Assembly (NCBI GenBank): GCA_963851265.1
Contig: CAWKNZ010000002.1
Location: 352,001-416,000 of the forward strand
Source of the DNA: an uncultured Gemmatimonadales bacterium
GTDB taxonomy: Bacteria; Gemmatimonadota; Gemmatimonadetes; Gemmatimonadales; Gemmatimonadaceae
DNA length: 64,000 bases
Direction: 5' to 3'
Shown: positions 47,877 to 57,420 of the stretch, in pieces
How positions within the stretch are numbered: the stretch's first letter is position 1
How the letters are laid out: each line of letters begins with the position of its first letter
The notes under the pieces: generated by a model
Seen by the model: the letters and a program-made list of their open reading frames with translations, nothing else
Databases searched by the model: none
Told to the model about the DNA's origin: nothing
Program-made: the position numbers and the translations under genes

Positions 47877-49577
47877 CTATCCGTCGCCGCCGACCCCCCC
47901 GTCGAGCGCCCCCGCGTCGAGCAGATCGAGCCGCGGCGTCGCGTACGCGCGACGCGCAGCCACGTGGGCCAGCGCGCGCCGCGCGCCGGGCGGCAATGCC
48001 GGGAGCGCCGGGTCGTACTTGATCGCGCCGAGCGCGGTCTGACCGGCGACCGGCACCTTGACGCCCGGGTTGAGCACGCCGGCCGGGTCGCACGCGCGCT
48101 TCACCTCGGCGAACAGCGCGCGCGCCTCGGGCGACCACGTGCGGTCGAGCACCGGCGTGCGGAGCCGCCCGTCGCCGTGCTCCCCCGCGAGCGTGCCGCC
48201 CAACGACGCGGTGAGCGCGCCGACCTCGTCGAAGAGCGCGGCGACGCGGTCGCGCCACCCCGGCGCGCGCGTGTCGACCAGCGGGTTCACGTGCGCGTGT
48301 GCGTCGCCCGCGTGGCCGAAGATCACCCCGCGCACCCCCTGGCGCGCGAGCGCTGCGCGCACGCCGCGCACGTACTCGGGGAGCCGCCCCGGCGGCACGC
48401 ACCCGTCCTCGATGAACTGCATCGACGCGAGCGCCGGGTCGAGCCGGGCGAGGATCGGGCTCGCCGCGTGGCGCAGCTCCCAGAGCACGTGCTCGGCGGC
48501 GGGGTCGACGGCGAGCGACACCGAGGCCGCCCCGGCTGCCCGGAACGCCGCGCCCAATGCCTCCGCGCCCGCGCGCGCCGCCGCCGCGTCCTCCCCCTCG
48601 ACCTCGGCGAGCAGCACCGCTTCGGGCACGGTGCCGTCGACGGCGCGCGCCACGTCGGGCAGCGCGCCGCCCTCCGCCGCGACGTCGAGGAACGTCCGGT
48701 CGAGCAGCTCGCACGCGGCCGCGCCCGCGTCGCGCGCCCGTTCGGCCCCGTCGACCGCGGCCTCGAGCGACGGGAACGCGCCTAACGCACTCGCCGTCGC
48801 GCCGGGCAGGGCCCCGAGCGCGAGCTCGACACCGACGAACAGGGCGAGCGTGCCCTCGCTCCCGACCAGGAGGTCGACCAGCTCGCCGGTGCGCGCCCAT
48901 TCGGCCAGCGCGTACCCCGACGACTCCTTGCGCGTCGCGTGCGCGAGCGGGGCTCCCGCGGCGAGCGCGGCCCGGACGCGCGGGAGCACGACGTCCAGCA
49001 GACGGGTCAGGGCGGGAACGTGCGTCGGCGCCTCCGCGCCGCGGCGGACCACCGCGCGCGACCCGTCGGCGAACACGCAGTCGAGCGCGGTCACCCACGA
49101 GCGCATCGCGCCGTGGCGCAGCGTGTGTGCGCCCGCGGCGTTGGTCGACGCCATGCCGCCCACCGTGGCCCACGCCCAGCTCGACGGGTCGACGGGGAAG
49201 CGGAGGCCCGCGGCGCGCGCCGCCGCGTCGACCGCCGCGCCGCTCACGCCGGGCCCGCACCACACGCGCCGCGCCGCGGCGTCGACTCCGCCTAACGTCG
49301 CGAGGCGGCCGAGGTCGACCACCAGGCCGTCGCCGACGGCGCCGCCCGCCATGCTGCTCCCCGCGCCGCGCGGGATGAGCGGCGTGCCCGTGACCGACGC
49401 CCAGCGCGCGAGCGTGCGCACGTCGTCGGCGTCGGCCGGCACCGCGGCGGCGCGCGGCAGCGCGCGCGCGATGCCGGCCGCCTCGCTGTACACGGCCCGC
49501 GCCTCGTCGTCGGCGCGCCAGACGCCGCGGAAACCCGGCGGGGGGGTGGGCGCGATCTCGGCCATGCGTGTCGTCAC
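47877..49577 (-). CDS. FAD-binding oxidoreductase (GlcD/D-lactate dehydrogenase-like)
   Basis: PRGAGSSMAG, FPVDPSS, TVGGMASTNAAG, GSEGTL, FGHAGD, GEHGDG, DPAGVLNPG. Confidence 0.9.
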   Translation of the reverse strand: MTTRMAEIAPTPPPGFRGVWRADDEARAVYSEAAGIARALPRAAAVPADADDVRTLARWASVTGTPLIPRGAGSSMAGGAVGDGLVVDLGRLATLGGVDAAARRVWCGPGVSGAAVDAAARAAGLRFPVDPSSWAWATVGGMASTNAAGAHTLRHGAMRSWVTALDCVFADGSRAVVRRGAEAPTHVPALTRLLDVVLPRVRAALAAGAPLAHATRKESSGYALAEWARTGELVDLLVGSEGTLALFVGVELALGALPGATASALGAFPSLEAAVDGAERARDAGAAACELLDRTFLDVAAEGGALPDVARAVDGTVPEAVLLAEVEGEDAAAARAGAEALGAAFRAAGAASVSLAVDPAAEHVLWELRHAASPILARLDPALASMQFIEDGCVPPGRLPEYVRGVRAALARQGVRGVIFGHAGDAHAHVNPLVDTRAPGWRDRVAALFDEVGALTASLGGTLAGEHGDGRLRTPVLDRTWSPEARALFAEVKRACDPAGVLNPGVKVPVAGQTALGAIKYDPALPALPPGARRALAHVAARRAYATPRLDLLDAGALDGGVGGDG

Positions 49578-49580
49578 CCC

Positions 49581-50303
49581 TTATCCGGGGTGTGCAGCGT
49601 CGGCGGCGCGCGCGCGCCGCAGCGTGCGGACGTCCCACGCCGCCTCGAGCGCCGCGGTCACGAGCCGCGTGAAGCGCGCGAACGCCGCCTCGTCGTCGGC
49701 CGAGTAGTCGGCCCCGTCGGCTCGATCCGACAGTTGCAACAACCCCCAGACCACGCCGTCGCGCCCGACGACGGGCGCGGCCATCCAGCCGCGCATCGGC
49801 GGATGTCTGTCGCGCTCGGTGCCGAAGCCGGTCCACGCGGGGTGCGCGTCGAGTTCGGCGTTCGTGTAGCGCGCGACGCCCGGCAGCCGGTCGACGGCCA
49901 GGGGGAGGCCGGCGGCGCGCGCCCGCTCGGCCGCGTCCCGCAGCAGCCACGCGTGCGTGCCCACGCCCACGGCCGGCGAGCCGTAGTCGGCCCACGCCGC
50001 GTATTTCTCGCTCATCGAGAAATACTTGCGCCCCGTCGACCAGTCACCCGCGACGATGATCGTCGCCGCGGCCTGATGCGAGGGCACCACGCGGCGCGCG
50101 AGGTCGGCCGCGTCGGCCATGATCACGTTCGCGACGGCCACGAACGCGGCGTCGTCGGCGTCGGGGTTCGGCATCGCCGGATTCGGCACGGCGCCGACCG
50201 GATGGTTGTGGTACGTGTTCTGGCCGTAGGGCACGACGCCAGCGGGCACAGCGCCGGCGGCCACAGCGCCGGCGGGCGGGGCGGAAACGTCAGGGGTCGG
50301 CAT
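49581..50303 (-). CDS. Stand-alone GAF domain protein
   Basis: HPPMRGWMAAPVVGRDG..WGLLQLSDR..GADYSADDE GAF signature. Confidence 0.8.
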   Translation of the reverse strand: MPTPDVSAPPAGAVAAGAVPAGVVPYGQNTYHNHPVGAVPNPAMPNPDADDAAFVAVANVIMADAADLARRVVPSHQAAATIIVAGDWSTGRKYFSMSEKYAAWADYGSPAVGVGTHAWLLRDAAERARAAGLPLAVDRLPGVARYTNAELDAHPAWTGFGTERDRHPPMRGWMAAPVVGRDGVVWGLLQLSDRADGADYSADDEAAFARFTRLVTAALEAAWDVRTLRRARAADAAHPG

Positions 50304-50374
50304 GCGCTCGCGGGTTGGGCGGTGAGGCGATGCGGAAGCGCGTCCAAGATGTGACGCGTGCCCGCCGTGCGCCC

Positions 50375-51073
50375 TCAGGCGTTCGGGCGACCCGCCTCGA
50401 ACTGCTGGAGCGAGGCGACGAGCATGCGCACCAACTCCTGCCGCAGCGGCGGTCGCTCCGCCGGCGGCAGCGCCTGGACCTGGAAGAGCACCGCGTGCAC
50501 GGTCTCGACCTGCACCCGTGCCGTCACGTGGCGCTGCGCCGCACCGACCCACGGCATGCGCCGCGCGATGAGTGCCTCGACCCGCTCGACCACGGTCGCG
50601 TGCAGCGCGGCGTCGGCCGCGGCCACGGCGCTGCCGGGCGTGTTGGTCGCACCGTACACGTGCCGGTAGGCCGGGTGCGCGTCGCAGAACGCCGCGATCG
50701 GCTCGACGATCCCGCGCATCATCGCGTCGAGCGGCAGGTCGGCCACCTCGGCCGCGAGCACGGTGTCCTTCAGCTGCCCGAACATCGCCACGTAGCGCAT
50801 CGCCAGCGCCTGCACGATCGCGTCGCGGTTGGGGAAGAACTGGTAGAGCGACCCGACGGACGTCTTCGCGCGCGCCGCGATCGCGTTGGTCGACGCGGCC
50901 TCGACGCCGACCTCCCCGATGACCTCGGCGGCGGCGTCGAGGATGCGCTCGATCCGGCGCTGCCCGCGGTCCTGCTGGGGCACGCGGCGAAGCACGCCCG
51001 CGCCGGCCGCCGCGGCGGGCTCGGTCGCGGCGTCGACAGACGCGGTCGGTAACAGGTCGGCCTCCGGACTCAT
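50375..51073 (-). CDS. TetR/AcrR family transcriptional regulator
   Basis: ILDAAAEVIGEVG...IAARAKTSVGSLYQFFPNRD HTH. Divergent from the RND operon. Confidence 0.92.
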   Translation of the reverse strand: MSPEADLLPTASVDAATEPAAAAGAGVLRRVPQQDRGQRRIERILDAAAEVIGEVGVEAASTNAIAARAKTSVGSLYQFFPNRDAIVQALAMRYVAMFGQLKDTVLAAEVADLPLDAMMRGIVEPIAAFCDAHPAYRHVYGATNTPGSAVAAADAALHATVVERVEALIARRMPWVGAAQRHVTARVQVETVHAVLFQVQALPPAERPPLRQELVRMLVASLQQFEAGRPNA

Positions 51074-51083
51074 CCCATCAATG

Positions 51084-51167
51084 TGAGCGAACACTCGCCT
51101 ATTGACAAGGTGAGCGATAGCTCATATCTAGACGCGAGCAACTGCTCACATGAGCGAACGCTCATGT
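51084..51167. promoter_or_regulatory. Divergent promoter with four TGAGC-N4-GCTCA palindromes (putative TetR operators) and a TTGACA -35 box
   Basis: Sites at 51084-51097, 51111-51124, 51135-51148 and 51151-51164. TTGACA at 51102-51107, TATCTA 17 nt downstream. Confidence 0.8.
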
Positions 51168-51206
51168 TCGGAATGATGCCGGTCGCCACCCTTCGCCGTT
51201 CCTTCG

Positions 51207-52298
51207 ATGCCCCGCCCGCGTCCAGACCGCCGCCCGCGCGCCTACCCCGTCGCGCACACGCTCTCCCTGCTCGCGATGGCGGCGATCGTCGCCGCGACCG
51301 ACGCCTGCTCGCGAGACGCGCGGGCCGCGGCGCCGCCACCCGCTGCGCCGGCGACGCCGGTCCGCCTCGCGCCCGCCGCCCGAGACACGAGCCGCGCCGC
51401 GATCCGCGCCGGCGGCGTGACCGAGCCACGGGCGACGTCCGACCTCGCCTTCCAGGTCCCCGGGCGCGTCGTCACGCTCGCCGTCGACGAGGGCACCCGC
51501 GTCGCCTCGGGCCAGCTGCTCGCCGCCGTCGACCCGACCGACTACCGCCTGGCCTACCAGCAGGCCGATCTCGCGCGCGCCCGCCAGGCCGACGAACTGG
51601 CCCGCGCGCGCCTGCTCCAACCCTCGGGCTCGATCGCGGCCAACGATTTCGACAAGCTCGACAACGGCGCCCGGCAGGCCGTGGTCGTCCGCGACCTCGC
51701 CGCCAAGCGGCTCGCCGACACGCGCCTCACCGCCCCGTTTGCGGGCACCATCGCGAAAAAGTCGGTCGAGGTTGGCGCGAGTGCCAGCACTGGCACGGCC
51801 GTGCTCACCCTCGTCGACCTCGCGGAGGTGGAGGTGCGCGTGGGCGTGAGCGAGGCCGATGTCGGCCAGGTGCACGTCGGCCAGCCCGCGGCAGTCGAGG
51901 TGCCCGCGTTGGGTCGCACCGTCACGGGCCGCGTCGCGCACGTCGGCGTCGTCGCCGACCCGGCGAGTCGCACGTACGCGGTGAAGGTCGCGCTCCCCAA
52001 CCCGACCGGCGCGCTCCGCGGCGGGATGGTCGCGACGGTCGTGCTACCGACGGGGCGTGCGCGCGACGCGGTCGTCGTTCCGGCCGCCGCGGTCATGCGC
52101 GACGCCGACGGCGTCACGCTGGTCTACGTCTACGCGCCGTCCGAACGGCGCGTCCGCGCTCGGCGCGTCGAGGTCGGCGACGCGCGCGGCGGGAACGTTG
52201 AGGTCGCCCGCGGCCTCGCGGCGGGCGAACCGGTCGTCGTCGGCGGCCAGCAGCGGCTGCGCGACGGGTCCGCGGTGACCGTGCCGGGGGGACGCTGA
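51207..52298 (+). CDS. RND efflux periplasmic adaptor (MFP) subunit
   Basis: LAFQVPGRV..LAVDEG, LTAPFAG, DPASRTY, LRGGM, GL.AGE.VV. Confidence 0.92.
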   Translation: MPRPRPDRRPRAYPVAHTLSLLAMAAIVAATDACSRDARAAAPPPAAPATPVRLAPAARDTSRAAIRAGGVTEPRATSDLAFQVPGRVVTLAVDEGTRVASGQLLAAVDPTDYRLAYQQADLARARQADELARARLLQPSGSIAANDFDKLDNGARQAVVVRDLAAKRLADTRLTAPFAGTIAKKSVEVGASASTGTAVLTLVDLAEVEVRVGVSEADVGQVHVGQPAAVEVPALGRTVTGRVAHVGVVADPASRTYAVKVALPNPTGALRGGMVATVVLPTGRARDAVVVPAAAVMRDADGVTLVYVYAPSERRVRARRVEVGDARGGNVEVARGLAAGEPVVVGGQQRLRDGSAVTVPGGR

Positions 52299-52300
52299 CG

Positions 52301-55300
52301 ATGACGTCCCCGACACTCGCGCGCGAGCCGGACGCTCGCCCCCTCCAACGCTGGAACCTGATCCGCGCCGCGCTCGCGAACCGGCAGCTCGTCTACGTGC
52401 TCACGGCGCTCGTCGTCATCTTCGGCCTCACCTCGCTCGTTCGCATGCCGCGGCGGGAGGACCCGAAGATCACGATCCGCCAGGGCCTCGTCCTCGCCCT
52501 CTATCCCGGAGCCACGGCCGAGCAGGTCGAGCGGCAGGTGGCCGAGCCGGTCGAGCGGCGGCTGTTCGCGCACGGCGAGGTGAAGAAGGCCAAGACGTAC
52601 ACCACGAGCCGCCCCGGCGCGCTCGTCGCCAACGTCGAGCTCAACGACGACGTGCGCGACCCCGAGCGCTTCTGGTCCACGCTGCGCCTCGACCTCAACG
52701 AGACGCGCGCGCAGGAGCTCCCGGCCGGCGTCGTCGGCCCGATCGTCAACGCCGATTTCGGTGACGTGGTCGCGGTGCTACTCACCGTGCACGGCCCACC
52801 GGGCCGCTACGGCTCGCGCGAGCTGGCGACCTTCCTCGACCGCATCGAGGACGCGGTGCGCACGCTTCCCGACGTCTCCAAGATCAAGCGCTACGGCGAG
52901 CAGCCCGAGGAGATCGCCGTCACCGCGCGCCCGGAGCGCCTCGCCCAGTACGGCGTCACGACGTCGCAGCTGTTAGGCGCCCTCCGCGCGCGCAACGCGG
53001 TCGTCGACGGCGGCTCGGTCGACGCCGGCGCGAGCGACGTGCGCATCCGCCCCGCTGGGCCGTTCAACACCGTGCAGGAGGTGGGCGCGGTGCAGGTGGC
53101 CGCGGGGCCGCGCGCCGAGCCGGTCAGGCTCGGCGACCTGGCCGCGGTCGAGCGCCGCTACGCCGACCCGACGTTCCTCGCGCGCGTCGACGACCAGCCG
53201 GTCGCGCTCATGTCGATCGAGGCGCAGGAAGGGCGCAACCTCGTCGACGTCGGCCGGCAGATCGACGCCAGGCTCGCCGCGGTGCGCGCGCAGCTACCGC
53301 CCGACCTCGCGATCGACCTCGTCGCCGACCAGCCCGCGGGCGTGCAGCACCGCGTGCTGGGCTTCGGTCGCGAGTTCACGATCGCCGTCGTCTCGGTGGT
53401 GCTCGTGACGGTGCTGCTCCTCCCGCTCCGCGTCGCCGCCATCGCGGCCACCGCAATCCCGATCACCGTCGCCGTGACCGTCGCCGCGCTCAACGCGCTC
53501 GGCATCGAGCTGCACCAGATGAGCTTCGCCGGACTCGTCGTCGCGTTGGGCATGGTGGTCGACGACGCGATCGTGATCGCCGACAACTACGTCGAGCTGC
53601 TCGACCACGGCGTCGCGCGCGACGAGGCGGCGTGGCGATCGGCCAGCGACCTCGCGCTCCCGGTGCTCGGCGCGACGCTCACGATCGTCGCGAGCTTCCT
53701 CCCGCTCGCGATCCTGCTCCCCGGCACGGTGGGCGAGTTCATCCGCGCGCTGCCGCTCACGGTGAGCGTCGCGCTGCTCTGCTCGTACGTCGTCGCGATG
53801 CTGCTCACGCCGCTGCTCTGCCTGGCGTTCATCACGACCGGACTGCGGCCGCACGTGGGGGCCGCCGCGACGCCCCGCCGCTTCGACCCGCTCGGCCTGA
53901 TGCAGCGCCTGTACGAGCGCACGATGCGCCTGGCGCTCCCGCGCAAGCGGACCACGCTCGCACTGAGCGTGCTCGCGTTCGTCGCCGGCGTGGTGATGCT
54001 GAAGCTCATCCCAATGCGCTTCTTCCCCGCCGCGGAGCGCGCGCAGTTCGTCGTCGACGTGTGGACGCCCGAGGGCACGCGCTTCGAAGCGACCGATTCG
54101 GTGGTGCAGCGCCTCGTGGCGAGCGTGCGACGCGTCGACGGCGTGCGCGCGGTGGGCTCGTTCACCGGCGGCGGCTCGCCGCGCTTCTACTACAACATCA
54201 ACCCCGAGCCGCCCGCGACCAACTACGGCCAGCTCGTCGTCAACACCGCCGGCACCGACGAGACCCCGATCGTCGCGGCGTCGCTCCACGCGCGCCTCGC
54301 CGCACTCGCCCCGGAAGCGACGGTGATGGTGAAGGAGCTGCAGCAGGGCCCCGCGCTCAAGGCGCCGATCGAGATTCGCTTCGCTGGTGCCGACCTCGCC
54401 ACGCTGCGCCGCCTCGGCGACTCGGCGCGCGCGGTGCTCGCATCCACGCCCGGCAGCGAGTACACCACCACCGACTGGGGCGAGGACCGCTACGGCGTGC
54501 GCGTCGACCTGCGCCGCGAGACGGCGGCGCGGTTGGGCGTCACCGACGCCGACGTCGCCCAGCAGCTCGCCGGCGGCTTCGACGGCGCCGTCGCGTCGAC
54601 CTATTACGAGGGCGACCGGCGGATCGAGGTGCGCCTGCGCCTCGACTCCGCCAGCCGACGCGGCGTCGGCGACGTCCGCGACGCCTACGTCACCGCGCCC
54701 GCGACGGGCGCGCGCCTGCCGCTCCGCGAGGTGGCGGAGGTGCGCCCCGAGTGGCAGCCGAGCCGCATCGTCCGGCGCAACGGCGTGCGGACCATCACCG
54801 TGTCGACCTTCGCGCGCCCCGGCGTGCTCGCCTCGACCGTGCTCACGGCCGCGCTCCCGCGACTCCGCGCCATCGCGCTGCCCGCAGGCGCCACGATGGC
54901 GTTGGGCGGCGAGATCGAGAACCAGGGCGAGGTGCAGGGGCCGATGAGCGTCGCGCTGTCGACGAGTCTGCTCGGGATCTTCCTCATCCTCTTCCTCCAG
55001 TTCCGCAACGCGCGCTACCCGCTCATCGTCATGGTCTCCATCCCGCTCGCCGTCTTCGGCTCGGCGTTGGGCCTCGTGCTCACGCGCAACCCGTTCGGCT
55101 TCACCGCGCAGCTCGGGCTCACCGCGCTCACGGGCGTCGTCGTGCGCAACGCGATCATCCTCGTCGACTACATCATCGCGCGCCGCGAAGAGGGCGAGTC
55201 GCTCGAGGACGCCGCGCTCGACGCCGGGCGGCGGCGGCTGCGGCCCATCTTCCTCACGACCGTGGCCGCGGCGGTCGGCGTGGTGCCGCTCATCGTGAGC

Positions 55301-57046
55301 GGGTCGAGCCTGTGGTCGCCGCTCGCCAGCGTGCTCGCGGTGGGGCTCGTCTGTTCGATGGTCTTCACGCTCGTCGTGGTGCCGGTGCTGTACGTGCTGG
55401 TCGAGTCGCGGCGCGAGCGGCGGCAGGCGCGCCGCGCGCACGGCACGGCCGCGGCGCCCGCCGCGCCGGGCGTCGCGCCCGAGCCGCTGCGGCGCGCGGC
55501 GTCGACGATCGCGCCGGGGCTGGGCTCGGGCGTGGGCTCGGCGCTCACCGCGATGGCGCTCGCGTGCCTCGCGCTCGGCGCGGCGCGCGTGCCGGCGTTA
55601 GGCGCGCAGGAGGTCGCCACGGAAACGCGCGCGGCACGCTCCCTCACGCTCGACGAGGCCGTGCGCCTCGCGACGTCCAACGGCCGCGCCGTGCGCATCG
55701 CGGCCGCGCAGGTGGACGAGCAGGCCGCGCGCGTGCGCGGCGCGCGTGCGGAGTTCCGGCCGTCGCTCGCGGTCACGGGCAACTATTCGGGGCGGAGCGG
55801 CGTGCAGAGCGTGCTCATCCCGCAGGGCGCGCTCGGGAACGACGTGAACGGCCGCCCGCTCCCCGGCGCGGACCGCAGCCTCACGTCGCCGAGCAAGAGC
55901 ACGTTCTACTCGATCGTGACCGCGACGCAGCCGCTGACCCAGGGCGTGCGCATCCGCGCCGGCGAGCGCGCGGCGGAGGCGGCGTACCGCCGGAGCGCCG
56001 CGTCGCGCGACGCGACGACCCAGGACGTCGCGCTCGCGGTCACGCGCCTCTACCTCGGCGCGCTCGCCGCCGAGCGGCAGCACGAGGCCGCGCGGCTGGT
56101 GCTCGCGGCGCGCCGGGCCGGCGCGGGCGACGCCACGCGCGCCGTGGCGGCCGGGCTCGCGCTCGGCACGCGGGCCACCGAGGCGCGCGCGGGGGTGCTC
56201 GACGCCGAGCAGCAGCTCGTCGCGGCCGGCAACCAGGTCGCGGACTACACGGCCGACCTCGCCGAGCTGGTCGGGTGGCCCGCCGACGTGCCGATGACGC
56301 TGGTCGCGCCCGCGCCGCCCGAACGGCGCACCGCGCCCGCCGGCCCCGCGCGGGCCGCCGCGCGCGCGACGGCGACCGGGCGCGAGGCGTTAGGCGCGTC
56401 GACGGCCGACGCGCCCGCGTCCGACGCGTTCGGCGACGCACTCGCGGCGGGGGACAGCGTGCGGCTCGCCGCGCTCGTCCGCACCGCGCTCGACGCGAAC
56501 CCCGAGCTGCGTGCAGCCCGCGCGACGCGCGACGAGGCCGCGAGCGGCGCCCGCGCCGCGCGTGCGGCCTACGTGCCCGAGGTCGCGCTCTACGCGCAGT
56601 ACTACCACCAGACGCTCACCACCGTGCTGCCGCACGACAACGTCACCGGCGGGCTGTCGTTGTCGTGGACGATCGCCGACTTCGGGCGGCGGCGGAGCCA
56701 GGTCGACGCGGCGGCCGCGCGGCAGGTCGCCGCGGGGGAGGAAGCGCGTCGCGCCGAGGAGCGCACGGCGACCGCGGTGGCCAAGGCGTACCGCGCCGTG
56801 CTGCGGGCCGAGCGGCTGTGGGACGCGGCGCAGGCGTCCGCGGCGGCGCGGCGCGACCTCGCCCGCGTGGCAACGGACGAGGGGGCTGCGGGGCTCCGGC
56901 TCGCGTCGTCCCGGGCGGAGCAGGATGCCGCGGCGGCGGTCGCGGACGCGGCGGCGTTCGCGGCAGAGGCGGGGACGCGGGTGGCGCGGGCGGAGTTGGC
57001 GCGGGCCGTGGGGGCCCAGCGTGGGGCGCCCCCTGAAGCTCCGTGA
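52301..57046 (+). CDS. RND efflux permease (AcrB/CusA family) fused to a C-terminal TolC-type outer-membrane factor
   Basis: ALGMVVDDAIV, VRNAIILVD, RLRPIFLTT in the first ~1035 aa. Then LTLDEAVRLA, NPEL, AAYVPEVAL, GLSLSWTIADFG (OEP repeats). One continuous ORF. Confidence 0.88.
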   Translation: MTSPTLAREPDARPLQRWNLIRAALANRQLVYVLTALVVIFGLTSLVRMPRREDPKITIRQGLVLALYPGATAEQVERQVAEPVERRLFAHGEVKKAKTYTTSRPGALVANVELNDDVRDPERFWSTLRLDLNETRAQELPAGVVGPIVNADFGDVVAVLLTVHGPPGRYGSRELATFLDRIEDAVRTLPDVSKIKRYGEQPEEIAVTARPERLAQYGVTTSQLLGALRARNAVVDGGSVDAGASDVRIRPAGPFNTVQEVGAVQVAAGPRAEPVRLGDLAAVERRYADPTFLARVDDQPVALMSIEAQEGRNLVDVGRQIDARLAAVRAQLPPDLAIDLVADQPAGVQHRVLGFGREFTIAVVSVVLVTVLLLPLRVAAIAATAIPITVAVTVAALNALGIELHQMSFAGLVVALGMVVDDAIVIADNYVELLDHGVARDEAAWRSASDLALPVLGATLTIVASFLPLAILLPGTVGEFIRALPLTVSVALLCSYVVAMLLTPLLCLAFITTGLRPHVGAAATPRRFDPLGLMQRLYERTMRLALPRKRTTLALSVLAFVAGVVMLKLIPMRFFPAAERAQFVVDVWTPEGTRFEATDSVVQRLVASVRRVDGVRAVGSFTGGGSPRFYYNINPEPPATNYGQLVVNTAGTDETPIVAASLHARLAALAPEATVMVKELQQGPALKAPIEIRFAGADLATLRRLGDSARAVLASTPGSEYTTTDWGEDRYGVRVDLRRETAARLGVTDADVAQQLAGGFDGAVASTYYEGDRRIEVRLRLDSASRRGVGDVRDAYVTAPATGARLPLREVAEVRPEWQPSRIVRRNGVRTITVSTFARPGVLASTVLTAALPRLRAIALPAGATMALGGEIENQGEVQGPMSVALSTSLLGIFLILFLQFRNARYPLIVMVSIPLAVFGSALGLVLTRNPFGFTAQLGLTALTGVVVRNAIILVDYIIARREEGESLEDAALDAGRRRLRPIFLTTVAAAVGVVPLIVSGSSLWSPLASVLAVGLVCSMVFTLVVVPVLYVLVESRRERRQARRAHGTAAAPAAPGVAPEPLRRAASTIAPGLGSGVGSALTAMALACLALGAARVPALGAQEVATETRAARSLTLDEAVRLATSNGRAVRIAAAQVDEQAARVRGARAEFRPSLAVTGNYSGRSGVQSVLIPQGALGNDVNGRPLPGADRSLTSPSKSTFYSIVTATQPLTQGVRIRAGERAAEAAYRRSAASRDATTQDVALAVTRLYLGALAAERQHEAARLVLAARRAGAGDATRAVAAGLALGTRATEARAGVLDAEQQLVAAGNQVADYTADLAELVGWPADVPMTLVAPAPPERRTAPAGPARAAARATATGREALGASTADAPASDAFGDALAAGDSVRLAALVRTALDANPELRAARATRDEAASGARAARAAYVPEVALYAQYYHQTLTTVLPHDNVTGGLSLSWTIADFGRRRSQVDAAAARQVAAGEEARRAEERTATAVAKAYRAVLRAERLWDAAQASAAARRDLARVATDEGAAGLRLASSRAEQDAAAAVADAAAFAAEAGTRVARAELARAVGAQRGAPPEAP

Positions 57047-57420
57047 ACGCCGCAGGGCACACGCCCCGCGACCTGGCGCATTCGGCACACGGCAGTTGCG
57101 CTCGTCGCATCCACCAGCTGGCCTTCCTCGTGGCGCCGCACGGTATCGCGCGGGTCGTCCGGGATCGGCCGACGGCGCTCCGCCGGGGCTGAACGGGCCC
57201 GCGCCCTGCCCGGCGGCGTGGCCGGGGGGATTACGTCGCGCGGAACGCATCGTCGGCCGGAGTGCCCGCGGCTGCTGCCGACCCGATGATTCACGTCGCA
57301 CTCGCGCTACAAGGGCTCAGCAGACGCGCCCTGCCCCCAAAGCTGCTCGCATCGGGTGACCGACGCCGGCACCGTGGGGTACACTTCGCCGTCACCCGCC
57401 GCCCCCGCTCCGCCCCCCCT

